64,000 nt of DNA, taken from assembly GCA_030390025.1 (NCBI GenBank), contig JASTWF010000350.1, positions 1 to 64,000 of the forward strand. Direction: 5' to 3'. A model generated the notes under the pieces. It searched no databases and was not told the DNA's origin. It saw only the letters and a program-made list of their open reading frames with translations. This document shows, piece by piece, positions 1 to 11,674 of the stretch. The translations under genes and the position numbers were made by a program. Within the stretch, counting starts at the first letter, position 1; the number at the start of each line of letters is the position of its first letter. The DNA is from Squalus acanthias (Eukaryota).

Positions 1-22
1 GAAATGGAAGCCAAGACAGAAT

Positions 23-431
23 GGAGATATTAGGACAGGCGACCAAAACCTTGGCCAAAGTGGTAGGCTTTAAGGAACGTCTTAAAGGAAGAGAGAGAGA
101 GAGAGGTAGAGATGCAGAGAGGTTCAAGGAGGGAATTCCAGAGCTTAGGGTCTAGGCAGCTGAAGGCACGGCCGCCAATGGTGGAGTGATTAAAATCGGG
201 GATGCACAAAAGGCCAGAATTGGAGGAGTGTGGAGATCTCGGAGGGTGGTAGGGCTGGAGGAGGTTACAGAGATGGGGAGGGGTGAGGCCATGGAGGGAT
301 TTGAACACAAGGATGAGAATTTTAAAATCAAGCTGTTGCCGGACCGGGAGCAAATGTAGGTCAGCGAGCACAGGGGTGATGGGCGAACGGGACTTGGTGC
401 GAGTCAGGACACGGGCAGCAGAGTTTCGGAT
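23..431 (-). mobile_element. L2-type LINE 3' fragment
   Basis: Translation LADLHLLPVRQQLDFKILILVFKSLHGL..P..L..LLQPY..GGRAFS...PKLWNSL is the typical L2 ORF2 C-terminus. Confidence 0.85.
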
Positions 432-811
432 GAGCCGACCAGGAGAGAGTTGGCATAGTCAAGTCCGGAGGACTTGTGGAGACAGGAAGGTGGGGGAGCG
501 TCATCCGCGAGGGTGGGAATGGCCGCCTCAGCTTATTCTCACAAAATTCAATCAGTCTCAGCGAGATCTCCTGGTGACAGACATCTTCGACCATCTGACA
601 TGTCTTGCCAGTATCTGTAGGGGGGCACAGTGGGCGGGGGGCTCTGTGTAAATGCAGCCTTGGGTATTGCCACTGAGAACAGGGAGCTATGAAGAGCCTT
701 TCTCTATTCTACCACAGGGTCATGATGCGGAGATGCCGGTGTTGGACTGGGGTGGACAAAAATGAGAAGTCGCACAACACCAGGTTATAGTCCAACAGAT
801 TTATTTAAAAT

Positions 812-847
812 TACAAGCTTTCGGAGCTGTCGCTCCTTCCTCAGGTA
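812..847 (-). ncRNA. Minimal type I hammerhead ribozyme motif (PLE pLTR)
   Basis: uac CUGAGGA a GGAGC gaca GCUCC GAAA GC UU gua. Confidence 0.75.
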
Positions 848-1385
848 GAGTAGCTGTGAGAGAATCTCCCAGAATTCACAATATAAACACAGAAAAAATG
901 TATTCAAATCTTTCCCTACATCAAAGACACACTAAGAGCACAGCCAAGACAATGAGATGTGTCCCAGGGGGTCCAACGTGTCAAAACACCTGCTGGCTGC
1001 ATATCCTCTGCAGTTGACTTTGGTTCTTGTGTTAGTTTTTTTTAAAAAAAAGGCTGGAAAGACCGGCCATGATGTCAAGTCACGTTCTGTATCATGACAT
1101 GAACCCGATATCGCGATTGAGGCCATCCTCATGAGTGCGGAACTTGGCTATCAGTTTCTGCTCTATGATTTTGCGCTGTCGTGTATCCCGAAGGCCGCCT
1201 TGGAGGATGCTTACCCGCAGATCCGAGGCTGAATGCCCCTGACTGCTGAAGACACGTTGGACCCCCTGGGACACATCTCATTGTCTTGGCTGTGCTCTTA
1301 GTGTGTCTTTGATGTAGGGAAAGATTTGAATACATTTTTTCTGTGTTTATATTGTGAATTCTGGGAGATTCTCTCACAGCTACTC

Positions 1386-1421
1386 TACCTGAGGAAGGAG
1401 CGACAGCTCCGAAAGCTTGTA
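1386..1421 (+). ncRNA. Minimal type I hammerhead ribozyme motif (PLE pLTR)
   Basis: Inverted copy of 812-847. Confidence 0.75.
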
Positions 1422-1943
1422 ATTTTAAATAAATCTGTTGGACTATAACCTGGTGTTGTGCGACTTCTCATTTTTTTCTACCACAGGGTGGCAGTCTCTG
1501 GCTGTGCGGTGAGACTGGAATCACAACATCTTAAACTGCCCGTCACTGAATCAACACAACTAGGTCAGGAGGTAGAGTTTACCGAACTTTCAGTGTTGTC
1601 CTGCTGTCTCCAGGAATGAAAGATTAATCTCCAGGACACTGCTGCCAGCAAAATCCCGGGAATAAAATCATTAGGGCAATAAAAAAACTGCGTGTTTTCT
1701 TGAATTTGTTTTGAACAGTTTTGCTTCTTGGTTGTAAAAATATTGGAGCTGGGGAAAGGGCTGTTGGACTGGGTGGGCGGGCCAGGCGGGAGGTCATGTG
1801 CTGAAACCTCCAGGAATACGTCCAATCAGAGTTGGTGACCATGTCGGGGAGCGGACGGCGAGGTCTTAAGGTGTTTGAACCGACTTTCCCGCGCTGAGCT
1901 CAGCTGCTCAACTGCATCCTGCTGAAAATTCCCGGAGGATTCT

Positions 1944-2678
1944 CCGTGCTGTACCTGCCCTGGGAGTGTTTGATGGGACAGTGTAGAGGGAGCTTTACTC
2001 TGTATCTAACCCGTGCTGTACCTGCCCTGGGAGTGTTTGATGGGACAGTGTAGAGGGAGCTTTACTCTGTATCTAACCCGTGCTGTACCTGCCCTGGGAG
2101 TGTTTGATGGGACAGTGTAGAGGGAGCTTTACTCTGTATCTAACCCGTGCTGTACCTGCCCTGGGAGTGTTTGATGGGGCAGTGTCGAGGGAGCTTTACT
2201 TTGTATCTAACCCGCGCTGTACCTGCCCTGGGAGTGTTTGATAGGACAGTGTAGAGGGAGCTTTACTCTGTATCTAACCCGTGCTGTACCTGCCCTGGGA
2301 GTGTTTGATGGGACAGTGTAGAGAGAGCTTTACTCTGTATCTAACCCGTGCTGTACCTGCCCTGGGAGTGTTTGATGGGACAGTGTAGAGAGAGCTTTAT
2401 TCTGTATCTAACCCGTGCTGTACCTGCCCTGGGAGTGTTTGATGGGACAGTGTAGAGGGAGCTTTACTCTGTATCTAACCCGTGCTGTACCTGCCCTGGG
2501 AGTGTTTGATGGGACAGTGTAGAGGGAGCTTTACTCTGTATCTAACCCGTGCTGTACCTGCCCTGGGAGTGTTTGATGGGACAGTGTAGAGGAGCTTTAC
2601 TCTGTATCTAACCCGTGCTGTACCTGCCCTGGGAGTGTTTGATGGACAGTGTAGAGGGAGCTTTACTCTGTATCTAAC
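1944..2678 (-). repeat. 67-bp satellite array (~11 units), opposite orientation to the other arrays
   Basis: Unit ccgtgctgtacctgccctgggagtgtttgatgggacagtgtagagggagctttactctgtatctaac; starts at 1944 and 2011. Confidence 0.97.
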
Positions 2679-2961
2679 TGAGTTGTTTGGATGAGTGAAG
2701 GCACATTTTGGGGTGAGTCTGTGTTGTAACAGGCAGTGTCTCCCCCATGAGGAGTATCTTGTCTTATCTCCTGCTGAAGTCTGAAGCAGAAAATGTAATC
2801 AGCTAGGGACGGGCGATAAATGCCGACCTTGCCATCTCGAGAATGAATTAAAAAACATCCATCTTTTCATTCATGGCTTGATGGAAGATCTAAGTTTTCT
2901 TCTTTTTAATAATAAATGGGCAATGTATGCTTTCTCTGGCCTGTGCGATGTTTTCTATACG

Positions 2962-3212
2962 TGAACCATTACCCCTGTGCTCGCTGACCTACATTGGCTC
3001 CCGGTCCGGAGATGCTTCAATTTTAAAATTCACATCCTTGTTTCCAAATCTCTCCGAGGTCTCGCCCCTCCCTATCTCTGTCGGCTCCTCCAGCCCTACA
3101 ACCCGCGGAGATCTCTGCGCTCCTCCAATTCTGACCTCTTGAGCATCCCTGAATTTAATGGCTTCACCATTGGTGGCCATGCTTTCAGGTGCCTAGGCTC
3201 TAAGCTCTGGAG
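2962..3212 (+). mobile_element. L2-type LINE 3' fragment
   Basis: LADLHWLPVR..FNFKIHILVSKSLRGLAPPYL; homologous to 23-431. Confidence 0.85.
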
Positions 3213-4120
3213 TTCCATCTTCAGCTGCTTCATCGATGACCTTCCCACCATCATAAGGTCAGAAGTGGGGATGTTCTCTGATGATTGCACAGTTTTCAGT
3301 TCCATTTACAACTCCGCAGATAATGAAACAGTCTGTGCCTGCATCTAGGAAGATATGGACAACATTCAGGCTTGGGCTGGTAAGTGGCAAGTAACATTCG
3401 TGCCACACAAGTGCCAGTCAATGACCATCTCCAACAAGAGAAAGTCTGACTACTTCCCCTTGACATTCAATGCCATTACGATCATTGAATCCCTCAACAT
3501 CAACATCCTGTGGGTCACCATTGACCAGAAACTTAACTGGACCAGCCACATAAATACTGCAGCTACAAGAGCAGGTCAGAGGCTGGGTATTCTGCAGCAA
3601 GTGACTCACCTTCTGACGCCTGGATGAGTGCAGCTCCAGCAACACTCAAGAAGCTCAACACCATCCAGAACAAAGCAGCCGGCTTGATTGGCACCCCATC
3701 CACCACCTTAAACATTCACTCCCTCCACCACTGGCGTACCGTGGCTGCAGTGTGTACCATCTACAAGATGCACTGCAGCAACTCGCCAAGGCTTCTTCGG
3801 CAGCACCTCCCAAACCCATAACCTCAACCAAGGTCAACCAAAAAACAAGGGCAGCAGGCGCATGGGAACACCACCACCTCCAAGTTCCCCTCCAAGTCAC
3901 ACACCATCCTGACTTGGAAATATCTCGGCCGTTCCTTCATCGTCACTGGGTCAAAATCCTGGAACTCCCTCCCTAACAGCACTGTGACAGTACCTTCACC
4001 ACACGGACTGCAGCGGTTCAAGAAGGCGACTCACCACCATCTTCTCAAGGGCAATTAGGGATGGGCAATAAATGCTGGTCTTGCCAGTAACGCCCACATC
4101 TCATAAACGAATAAAAAAAA
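3213..4120 (+). mobile_element. CR1-group LINE, 5'-truncated, RT C-terminal half plus 3' UTR (degenerate)
   Basis: FSCFIDDLP..MFSDDCTV, WAGKWQVTFVPHKCQ, KSWNSLP, HHHLLKGN end, A-rich tail; stops and frameshifts. Confidence 0.85.
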
Positions 4121-4305
4121 TCACAGCCTGATAGCCAGACCATGCAGCCTGACGAGGACTGATCAGGAAGAGCAAAGGGAGGTGGACGTGGGCTAACGCT
4201 GTTAAGTCAGCTTTTATTTTGGAGTGGAGAGGACTTTGGCTCGATGGGATCTTATTTTATTGGTTCCAAAGAAACTCTGCCCAGATGGTATATGCTGATA
4301 AAGTG

Positions 4306-4717
4306 TATGGTTGGGTTGCGGTTATATTACTGGACTAATAAAACAAAACTTGAGTTCAAATCCAACCATGGTCGTATGAGATTTTGAATTCAGTCTAGGA
4401 AATAAATCTGGAAATAAAGAGCTGGTCTCAGTAAAAGTGACCATGAATCTATCGATTGTCGTAAAAACCCAACTGGCTCACTAATGTCCTTGCGGCAAGG
4501 AAACCTGCTGCCCTTACCCATGTCTGGCCTATATGTGACTCCAGACCCAAGTCAATGTGGTTGACTCTTAACTGCCCTCTGCAGTGGCCACTCAGTTGAA
4601 TCAAACTGCTACAGCGGTCAAAGCGAAGGCCCAGCACCACCTTCTCAGGGCAACGAGGGACGGTCAATAAATGCCGGCCTTGCCAGCGACATCCACATCT
4701 TGTGAATGAATAAAAAA
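4306..4717 (+). mobile_element. tRNA-derived SINE with CR1-derived 3' tail
   Basis: B-box-like gagttcaaatcc at about 4351; 4612-4717 aligns with the CR1 3' end at 4011-4120. Confidence 0.7.
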
Positions 4718-5296
4718 CACATTCCTCATCGCCCAAACAAGTTTGGACAAGCAGAAAAAATTATTTAGCTCAGGGCAGCCTTTGGTAAAATGGCCAAAAC
4801 ATTTTGTCTCCAGATCCTGCCCCTTACCCTTAATTGGCCACATCCAATGTTCTCTCTAATTTTAACTTTTCGTGCGCGGTCCCTTAAACTTTGTTGCGCG
4901 GCCACACATGTGCAGTATTTTCCAGCGGCAACAGCTCGTGAGGGGCCTGCGCGGGACCTCCTGATTGATGCGCGGCCGCACGCCCACACACCTTCGGGGT
5001 TACATCTCTTTAAATCTTGACCGGGACCTTTAATAGTTGCTAATGTGCCAGATTTTCCCCTCTCCCTCATCCCCCTGACATCCCCTCCCCCCAGTTTTGG
5101 CACACTCTCAGCACAAGTCCCAGTCCAGGTTGAGATGAAATGAGGATGACCCCTCGATGATCTGGCGAGGTTAACAGTTCCGAGTTCAGGCAAATGCCAA
5201 ACTTATCCTGGAGCGAGCCTCTGTTCGGTGTTAGCAATCCTGCCTCTGAGTTGGAAGACTGCAAGAATCTGACAGCAGTGATGCAGTCGCGGGATA

Positions 5297-5440
5297 CATA
5301 ATGTTCCAGTACAGCTACAACACTGGCATTTACCCGACAATGTGGAAAATTGCCCAGGTATGTCCTGTCCATAAAAAGCAGAACAAGTCCAATCCGGCCA
5401 ATTACCACCTGATCAGTCTACTCTCAATCATCAGCAAAGT
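5297..5440 (+). mobile_element. CR1-group ORF2 fragment, resumes at 6556 after the Vingi-like insertion
   Basis: FQYSYNTGIYPTMWKIAQVCPVHKKQNKSNPANYHLISLLSIISKV continues as MEGVINSAIK at 6556. Confidence 0.8.
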
Positions 5441-6553
5441 CTTTCTTTCTTTCGTATGGTGGTAGCAAAGCAAATCAAATGTCAATATCCAAGTCAGATA
5501 TCCAGGCCAAAGCTGGAACAGCGTGGATGGATATCTTGTAGGCTGCCTGCGAATTTCCTCTGAGGGCAGTGCTCAATGATGTGCTCCAGGGTCTGATCAG
5601 GAGCTCCACAGTCGCATGATGAGAATCTTCCATCTATGGAGAAGGTGGCAGCATCTACCATGACCGGTTTTGAGGCGGTCGATGGTTGTCCACTGTTTGC
5701 GAGGAAGGTTTGATTCTTCAGGTTGTACTGTGGGGTCCTCTATAAGGAATCCATTCCGTATGTCACAGTTCTTCCAAGCATTTTGCCATCGGTCATCAAG
5801 GCTGAGGGGAGATCGCTGAAGGGCTTCAGTGACGGTCCAAAATGGCCTTCTAGATTTGAGACGGGTTGGTGGTCGGTTGTTCAAGTCGGCCTGGATCGGC
5901 ATGTCTTTGCTGGTGTAGCGGTTGTATTCTCTGGAGACTGCATATTTGCAGCGTAGGTGTGGTGGTGTGATGTTTGTAAGCACAGGCAGTCAAGGTGTTG
6001 GTGTCGATAAAAGCGTACCGGTGATAATTCTCATACTAGAATTCAGCTGGACATCAGCAGATTTGACATGTGGACTCGATCGCCGTGCGGAGAGCAGTAC
6101 TCCGCTGTAGAGTACACCAGGGCGAGTGCTGCTGTACGGAGGGTTTGAGCGTCTGCTCCCCATGTGGATCCGGCCAGTTTCTGGATCAAGTTGACTCTAC
6201 TCTTTAGTTTCTTCCCAAGGTTCTGGAGATGTTGTCTATATGACAGGGTGCGATCAAGCGTGACTCCTAAATAGGAGGGTTTATTGGCATGGTTTACCCC
6301 TGCACCGCAAAAGGAGACTTTCAAAGCTTGGTTTGCTTGATGGGTGTTGAGGTGGAATGTCGAGGTGACGGTTTTTTGCAGGTTTGGCCAAAGTTGCCAT
6401 CGGCGGAAGTAGGCCTCCATCCTCTGTAATCACTGGTCTCCTCGGTGATGGGCAGATTCATGTTCTGTGTGGCCAAGGCAATGTCATCAGCGTATATGAA
6501 CTTGCAGGACTCTGTTTCAGGCCGGTTACTGGTGTAGACGTTGAATAATATGG
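5441..6553 (-). mobile_element. Vingi/Ingi-like (I-group) LINE, 5'-truncated and frameshifted
   Basis: PILFNVYT..IYADDIA, YLGVTLDRTLSY, KLAGSTWGADAQTLRTAALALVYSTAEYC, RLKTGHGRC, short 3' UTR ending in (GAAA)n; no RNase H visible. Confidence 0.7.
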
Positions 6554-6626
6554 GTGATGGAAGGAGTTATCAACAGTGCTATCAAGTTTACTCACTAACA
6601 ACCTGCTCACTGATGTTCAGTTTGCG

Positions 6627-7620
<994 letters not shown>

Positions 7621-7937
7621 ACAGTGCTATCAAGCGGCACTTACTCACCAACAACCTGCTCACCGATGCTCAGTTTGTGCGATAGAGAGACGGCTATAAA
7701 CAGATAGAAATGGAGAGGTAGGCAGATTAAACCATTCTAACAGTAGTGAGCAGGCTTGCACTCTTGCCCTCCTCACCGTGCCAGGGTTTCTTTCAGAAGC
7801 AGGTTGACCTGCTGTGGATTTCTAGAACTTTCAGTTTTTATTTCCCTCATGTAAAATCAGTCAGGAAAAGATTGTACTGAAGTTGTTCTTATCAGCGTCT
7901 TCCTGTGGGACAGGGTGTGCGACTGGCCTAAGATAAT

Positions 7938-8651
7938 GGGCCAGATTTTGCTGTAGTGGGGCATCAAACTGTGTCTGCCGTTAGTTAGACTTGCCCCTGC
8001 TCCCTTCAACTCAAAAATGTTTTGCCCATAAAGTTGGTGAAAGTGCGAGCTGATAACGGTGCAGCGAGGGAAACAGGGCATCTGGGACCTGAGTGAACAG
8101 GGCAACCAACAGGCTATCTCCTTACCCAATGGGATTTAAGGATTGGGAAATAAACAGCAGAAGGCCTGAGAAGGAGGGTGAATTAGAGTGGGTGAATTCA
8201 ATATCAAATCAGGTACAGAAAGAGAAATAAAGAGAGGGAAAGAAAGATTGGATTAAGAGAGAGAGGAAAAAATACAGAAAGGAAATGAAAGAAAAAAGTA
8301 TTGGCCCATAATTTGCGGTCAGCGGCGAAGCGACGGCATGGCCTGTGGCGGAGCAAGGAATGGCTGACCGCAACTTCAGGATCTCCGCGTTTAGGTGCGC
8401 ATGTCGCTAAATCCTGGCGTTACGGTCAGTTTCAGAAGGGTAATGATAGCAAGCAATGACAGTTCGCCGTCATTACCACCGCAAAATCCAGGACATTAAA
8501 TTTAAAATTTGACATTTTAAAATCTCACCGAATGATTCAAAACCTGAAGGAAGGAGACTCCACACTTGTAATAGTTAATTTTCAGTGTCAGAGAGGTTGA
8601 TTGGCAGTAATTAACAATTATGACCATAATTTTGACAGCAAAATCTGGCCC
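7938..8651. mobile_element. Non-autonomous TIR element (PIF/Harbinger-like)
   Basis: Perfect 17-bp TIR gggccagattttgctgt; 3-bp TSD aat at 7935-7937 and 8652-8654. Confidence 0.85.
8303..8494. mobile_element. MITE nested in the 7938-8651 element
   Basis: Imperfect TIR ggcccataatttgcggt / gtcctggattttgcggt; TSD att on both sides. Confidence 0.7.
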
Positions 8652-9360
8652 AATGTTTTTTGCCCATTAAACTTCTACAGCTGAATACCGAGCTCCTTTA
8701 AGGACATTATCAGGTGGGGGAGGGGAAATGAGCCACTGCACATGCTCATGGGGCCTGTACACTATTTCCCTAGAGAGAGTTCCAGTAATTTGCATCTTAT
8801 TTGAATTCGTTGCCCCGTGCTCTAATCTAAGTTCACTCTTGTTCCCTGCAGCAGTGAGCAGGAATGTTAAGGATCGTGAGATGAATCTGAATAGCTAAAT
8901 GGTTGATCAGCAATCACGTTAGTTATGTAACATCGTTCTAATTTCTTGGCTTCTTGTGGGTGTGCTGGCTGAACAGTTTGTCCTGAAAGAATAGCTGCAC
9001 AGGCACCTCGCTCAATCCTCATTCTCTCTCGCAATCAACATCGTGTATAAGGTTTGAGAGAGTCCTTCTAACACTTAAAACCTCAAACTTTCACTTTGTC
9101 CCCCAAAATAGTTGCTTCTTTTCAATTGCTGTCTCCTTATTACCATACATCACCATCGCGCCCTCTTTATCTTGGAGGGGAGATGCACATGGGTCCCATC
9201 AAACACTCCCAGGGCAGGTACAGCATGGGTTAGATACAGAATAAAGCTCCCTCTACACTGTCCCAACAAACATTATGCGGAGATGCCGGTGTTGGACTGG
9301 GGTGGACAAAATTGAGAGGTCGCACAACACCAGGTTATAGTCCAACAGTTTTATTTGAAA

Positions 9361-9402
9361 TCACAAGCTTTCGGAGCTATCGATTGCTCCTTCCTCAGGT
9401 GA
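9361..9402 (-). ncRNA. Minimal type I hammerhead ribozyme motif
   Basis: ucac CUGAGGA a GGAGC aaucgaua GCUCC GAAA GC UU guga. Confidence 0.78.
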
Positions 9403-10334
9403 AGTAAATTAGATACAGAATCGCCAAAGCATATATAGATAGAGAACAAAGCATGTGTACCTTACAATTGCAGACCACTAAATTAAATCATCCTGACTAT
9501 CTGCCGAGGTGTGATAAAGTTAATTAAGTCAGCCAGGAAGGTACCACATCAAAGACATAGCAAGATACAACTGAGACAATGAGGTGTAGTCGCAGGGGTT
9601 CTAACGTGTCAAAAGCTGCCGTCTGTATGTAAAACGAAAAGCTTTAAAATTTTTACTTTTTTACTGGGAAAATTTTTACTTTTTTACTGGGAATCACATC
9701 TGTGAACAAGCTAACGACGACTCGAGTCCGGATCACGTCATGTATCGTGACATAAACCCAAGATCCCGATTGAGACCGTCTTCATGAGTGCGGAACTTGG
9801 CTATCAGTTTCTGCTCGATGATTTTGCGTTGTCGTGTGTTTCTAAGGTTGCCTTGGAAGCGGGTTGCGGGTAAGCGTTCTCCAAGGCAACCTTAGAAACA
9901 CACGACAACGCAAAATCATCGAGCAGAAACTGATAGCCAAGTTCCGCACTCATGAAGATGGTCTCAACCGGGATCTTGGGTTTATGTCACGATACATGAC
10001 GTGATCCGGACTCGAGTCGTCGTTAGCTTGTTCACAGATGTGATTCCCAGTAAAAAAGTAAAAATTTTCCCAGTAAAAAAGTAAAAATTTTAAAGCTTTT
10101 CGTTTTACATACAGACGGCAGCTTTTGACACGTTAGAACCCCTGCGACTACACCTCATTGTCTCAGTTGTATCTTGCTATGTCTTTGATGTGGTACCTTC
10201 CTGGCTGACTTAATTAACTTTATCACACCTCGGCAGATAGTCAGGATGATTTAATTTAGTGGTCTGCAATTGTAAGGTACACATGCTTTGTTTTCTATCT
10301 ATATATGCTTTGGCGATTCTGTATCTAATTTACT

Positions 10335-10376
10335 TCACCTGAGGAAGGAGCAATCGATAGCTCCGAAAGCTTGTGA
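10335..10376 (+). ncRNA. Minimal type I hammerhead ribozyme motif
   Basis: Inverted copy of 9361-9402. Confidence 0.78.
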
Positions 10377-10600
10377 TTTCAAATAAAACTGTTGGACTAT
10401 AACCTGGTGTTGTGCGACCTCTCAATTTTGTCCAACAAACATTCCCAGGGCAGGTACAGCACAGGTTAGATACAGAGTAAAGCTCCCTCTACACTGTCCC
10501 ATCAAACACTCCCAGGGCAGGTACAGCATGGGTTAGATACAGTGTAAAGCTTCCCATATTAATAGGTTCCGGGATGGGGACTGGTGGCATTAAAATCATC

Positions 10601-10875
10601 GAATCATAGAATCATAGAACAGTTACAGCACAGAAGGAGGCCATTCAGCCCATCGAGCCCATGCCGGCTCTCTGCAAGAGCACTTCACCTGGTCCCACTC
10701 CCCTGCCCTTTCACCGTAGCCCTGCAAATTTTTTTCCTTCAGGTACTTATCCAATTCCCTTTTGAAAACCACGATTGAATCTGCCTCCACCACCCTTTCA
10801 GGCATTGCATTCCAGATCCTAACCACTCGTTGCATAAAAAAGTTTTCCCTCATGTTGCCATTGGTTATTTTGCAC
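10601..10875 (-). mobile_element. CR1 LINE 3' fragment
   Basis: RENFFMQRVVRIWNAMPERVVEADS; (ttctatga)n tail. Confidence 0.88.
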
Positions 10876-10968
10876 TCTCCTCACTCCACACACTGTTAGG
10901 ATGGTGAGCGACTTGGCGGAGAATTTGAAGCTGATGGTGTTCCCATGTACCTGCTGCCCAGTCCTCCT

Positions 10969-11140
10969 AAAGAAAGAAAGACTTGCATTTATATGGCACC
11001 TTTCACAACCTCAGGATGCCCCAAAGTGCTTTACAACCAAGTAAGTACTTTTTGAAGTGTAGTCACTGTTGTAATGTAGGAAACACAGCAGCCAAATTGC
11101 GCACAGCAAGCTCCCAGTAACAGCAATGTGATAATGACCA
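10969..11140 (-). mobile_element. DeuSINE (SacSINE1/AmnSINE1-like) 3' fragment
   Basis: Reverse complement of the 3' part of 33848-34320, with (CTTT)n tail. Confidence 0.8.
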
Positions 11141-11209
11141 TTTAGAGAGCCCAGCAGCCCTAGAGTACAGAGCTGGACTCCTGTGTCAGTGAAAAAAGGT
11201 TTCAATGAT

Positions 11210-11375
11210 AACTTTCAAATGAGAAATGGACAAATTCTTGAAGGGGAAAAATTAGCAGGACTATGCGGATTGAGCAGGGGAGTGGGACTATTGATCGTTC
11301 TACCAAAGAGCCGGCCCAGGCACGATGGGCAGAATTGCCTCCTTCTGCACTGTAGGATTCTATGTCTCTATGACT
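11210..11375 (+). mobile_element. CR1 LINE 3' UTR fragment (degenerate)
   Basis: Homologous to 62800-62970; tail ttctatgtctctatgact. Confidence 0.7.
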
Positions 11376-11674
11376 CACTCGGGTTCCCACAGCACTGAAC
11401 TGGAAGGAGATGGGATGGGAGTCAGAATCACAAGAAAAGTCCCTCAACGGGCACTGCGGACCAGGCTGCGATGTCCCTGTTGTGTCTGAGCATTTGCCAA
11501 GAACATCGTATAATTGCTCTTTATTTTTCAGAGCTGCTGGGAATGTTGATCGCAGCAAGTGGTGAGGTGGCGTGACTGAACTCGTAGCCAGTCCTCAGTT
11601 TGTATGTTCAATTTTTTTCTCCTGTGTGAATTTTCTGCTCATCAGGTGAGGGATTTGGACTGGGGAATGAAACA

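Larger units (their letters stand above)
721..1475. mobile_element. Penelope-like element 3' end with inverted partial copy (palindromic insertion E1)
   Basis: 14-bp TSD ttctaccacagggt at 707-720 and 1476-1489; 225-bp inverted arms 758-982/1251-1475; minus strand encodes the GIY-YIG C-terminus (GHSASDLRVSILQG..KFRTHEDGLNRDIGFM) homologous to the ORF at 60053. Confidence 0.93.
9275..10431. mobile_element. Penelope-like element palindromic insertion E2
   Basis: 12-bp TSD ccaacaaacatt at 9263-9274 and 10432-10443; 555-bp near-perfect inverted arms 9303-9857/9880-10434; nearly identical to 59635-60190. Confidence 0.95.
9193..10555 (+). repeat. Short 67-bp satellite array (~3 units) split by PLE insertion E2
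   Basis: Satellite units at 9193-9274 and 10435-10555. Confidence 0.9.

Noticed and set aside
2977..3348. 123-aa ORF as a novel fusion protein
   Set aside because: Chance in-frame junction of L2 and CR1 fragments
9275..10431. Long inverted repeats read as DNA-transposon TIRs or miRNA hairpins
   Set aside because: Arms are PLE 3' ends with asymmetric termini and variable 12-14 bp TSDs
11532..11561. Possible 30-nt exon (tttttcAG..GTGAGG)
   Set aside because: Too short to separate from chance; no linked exons identified
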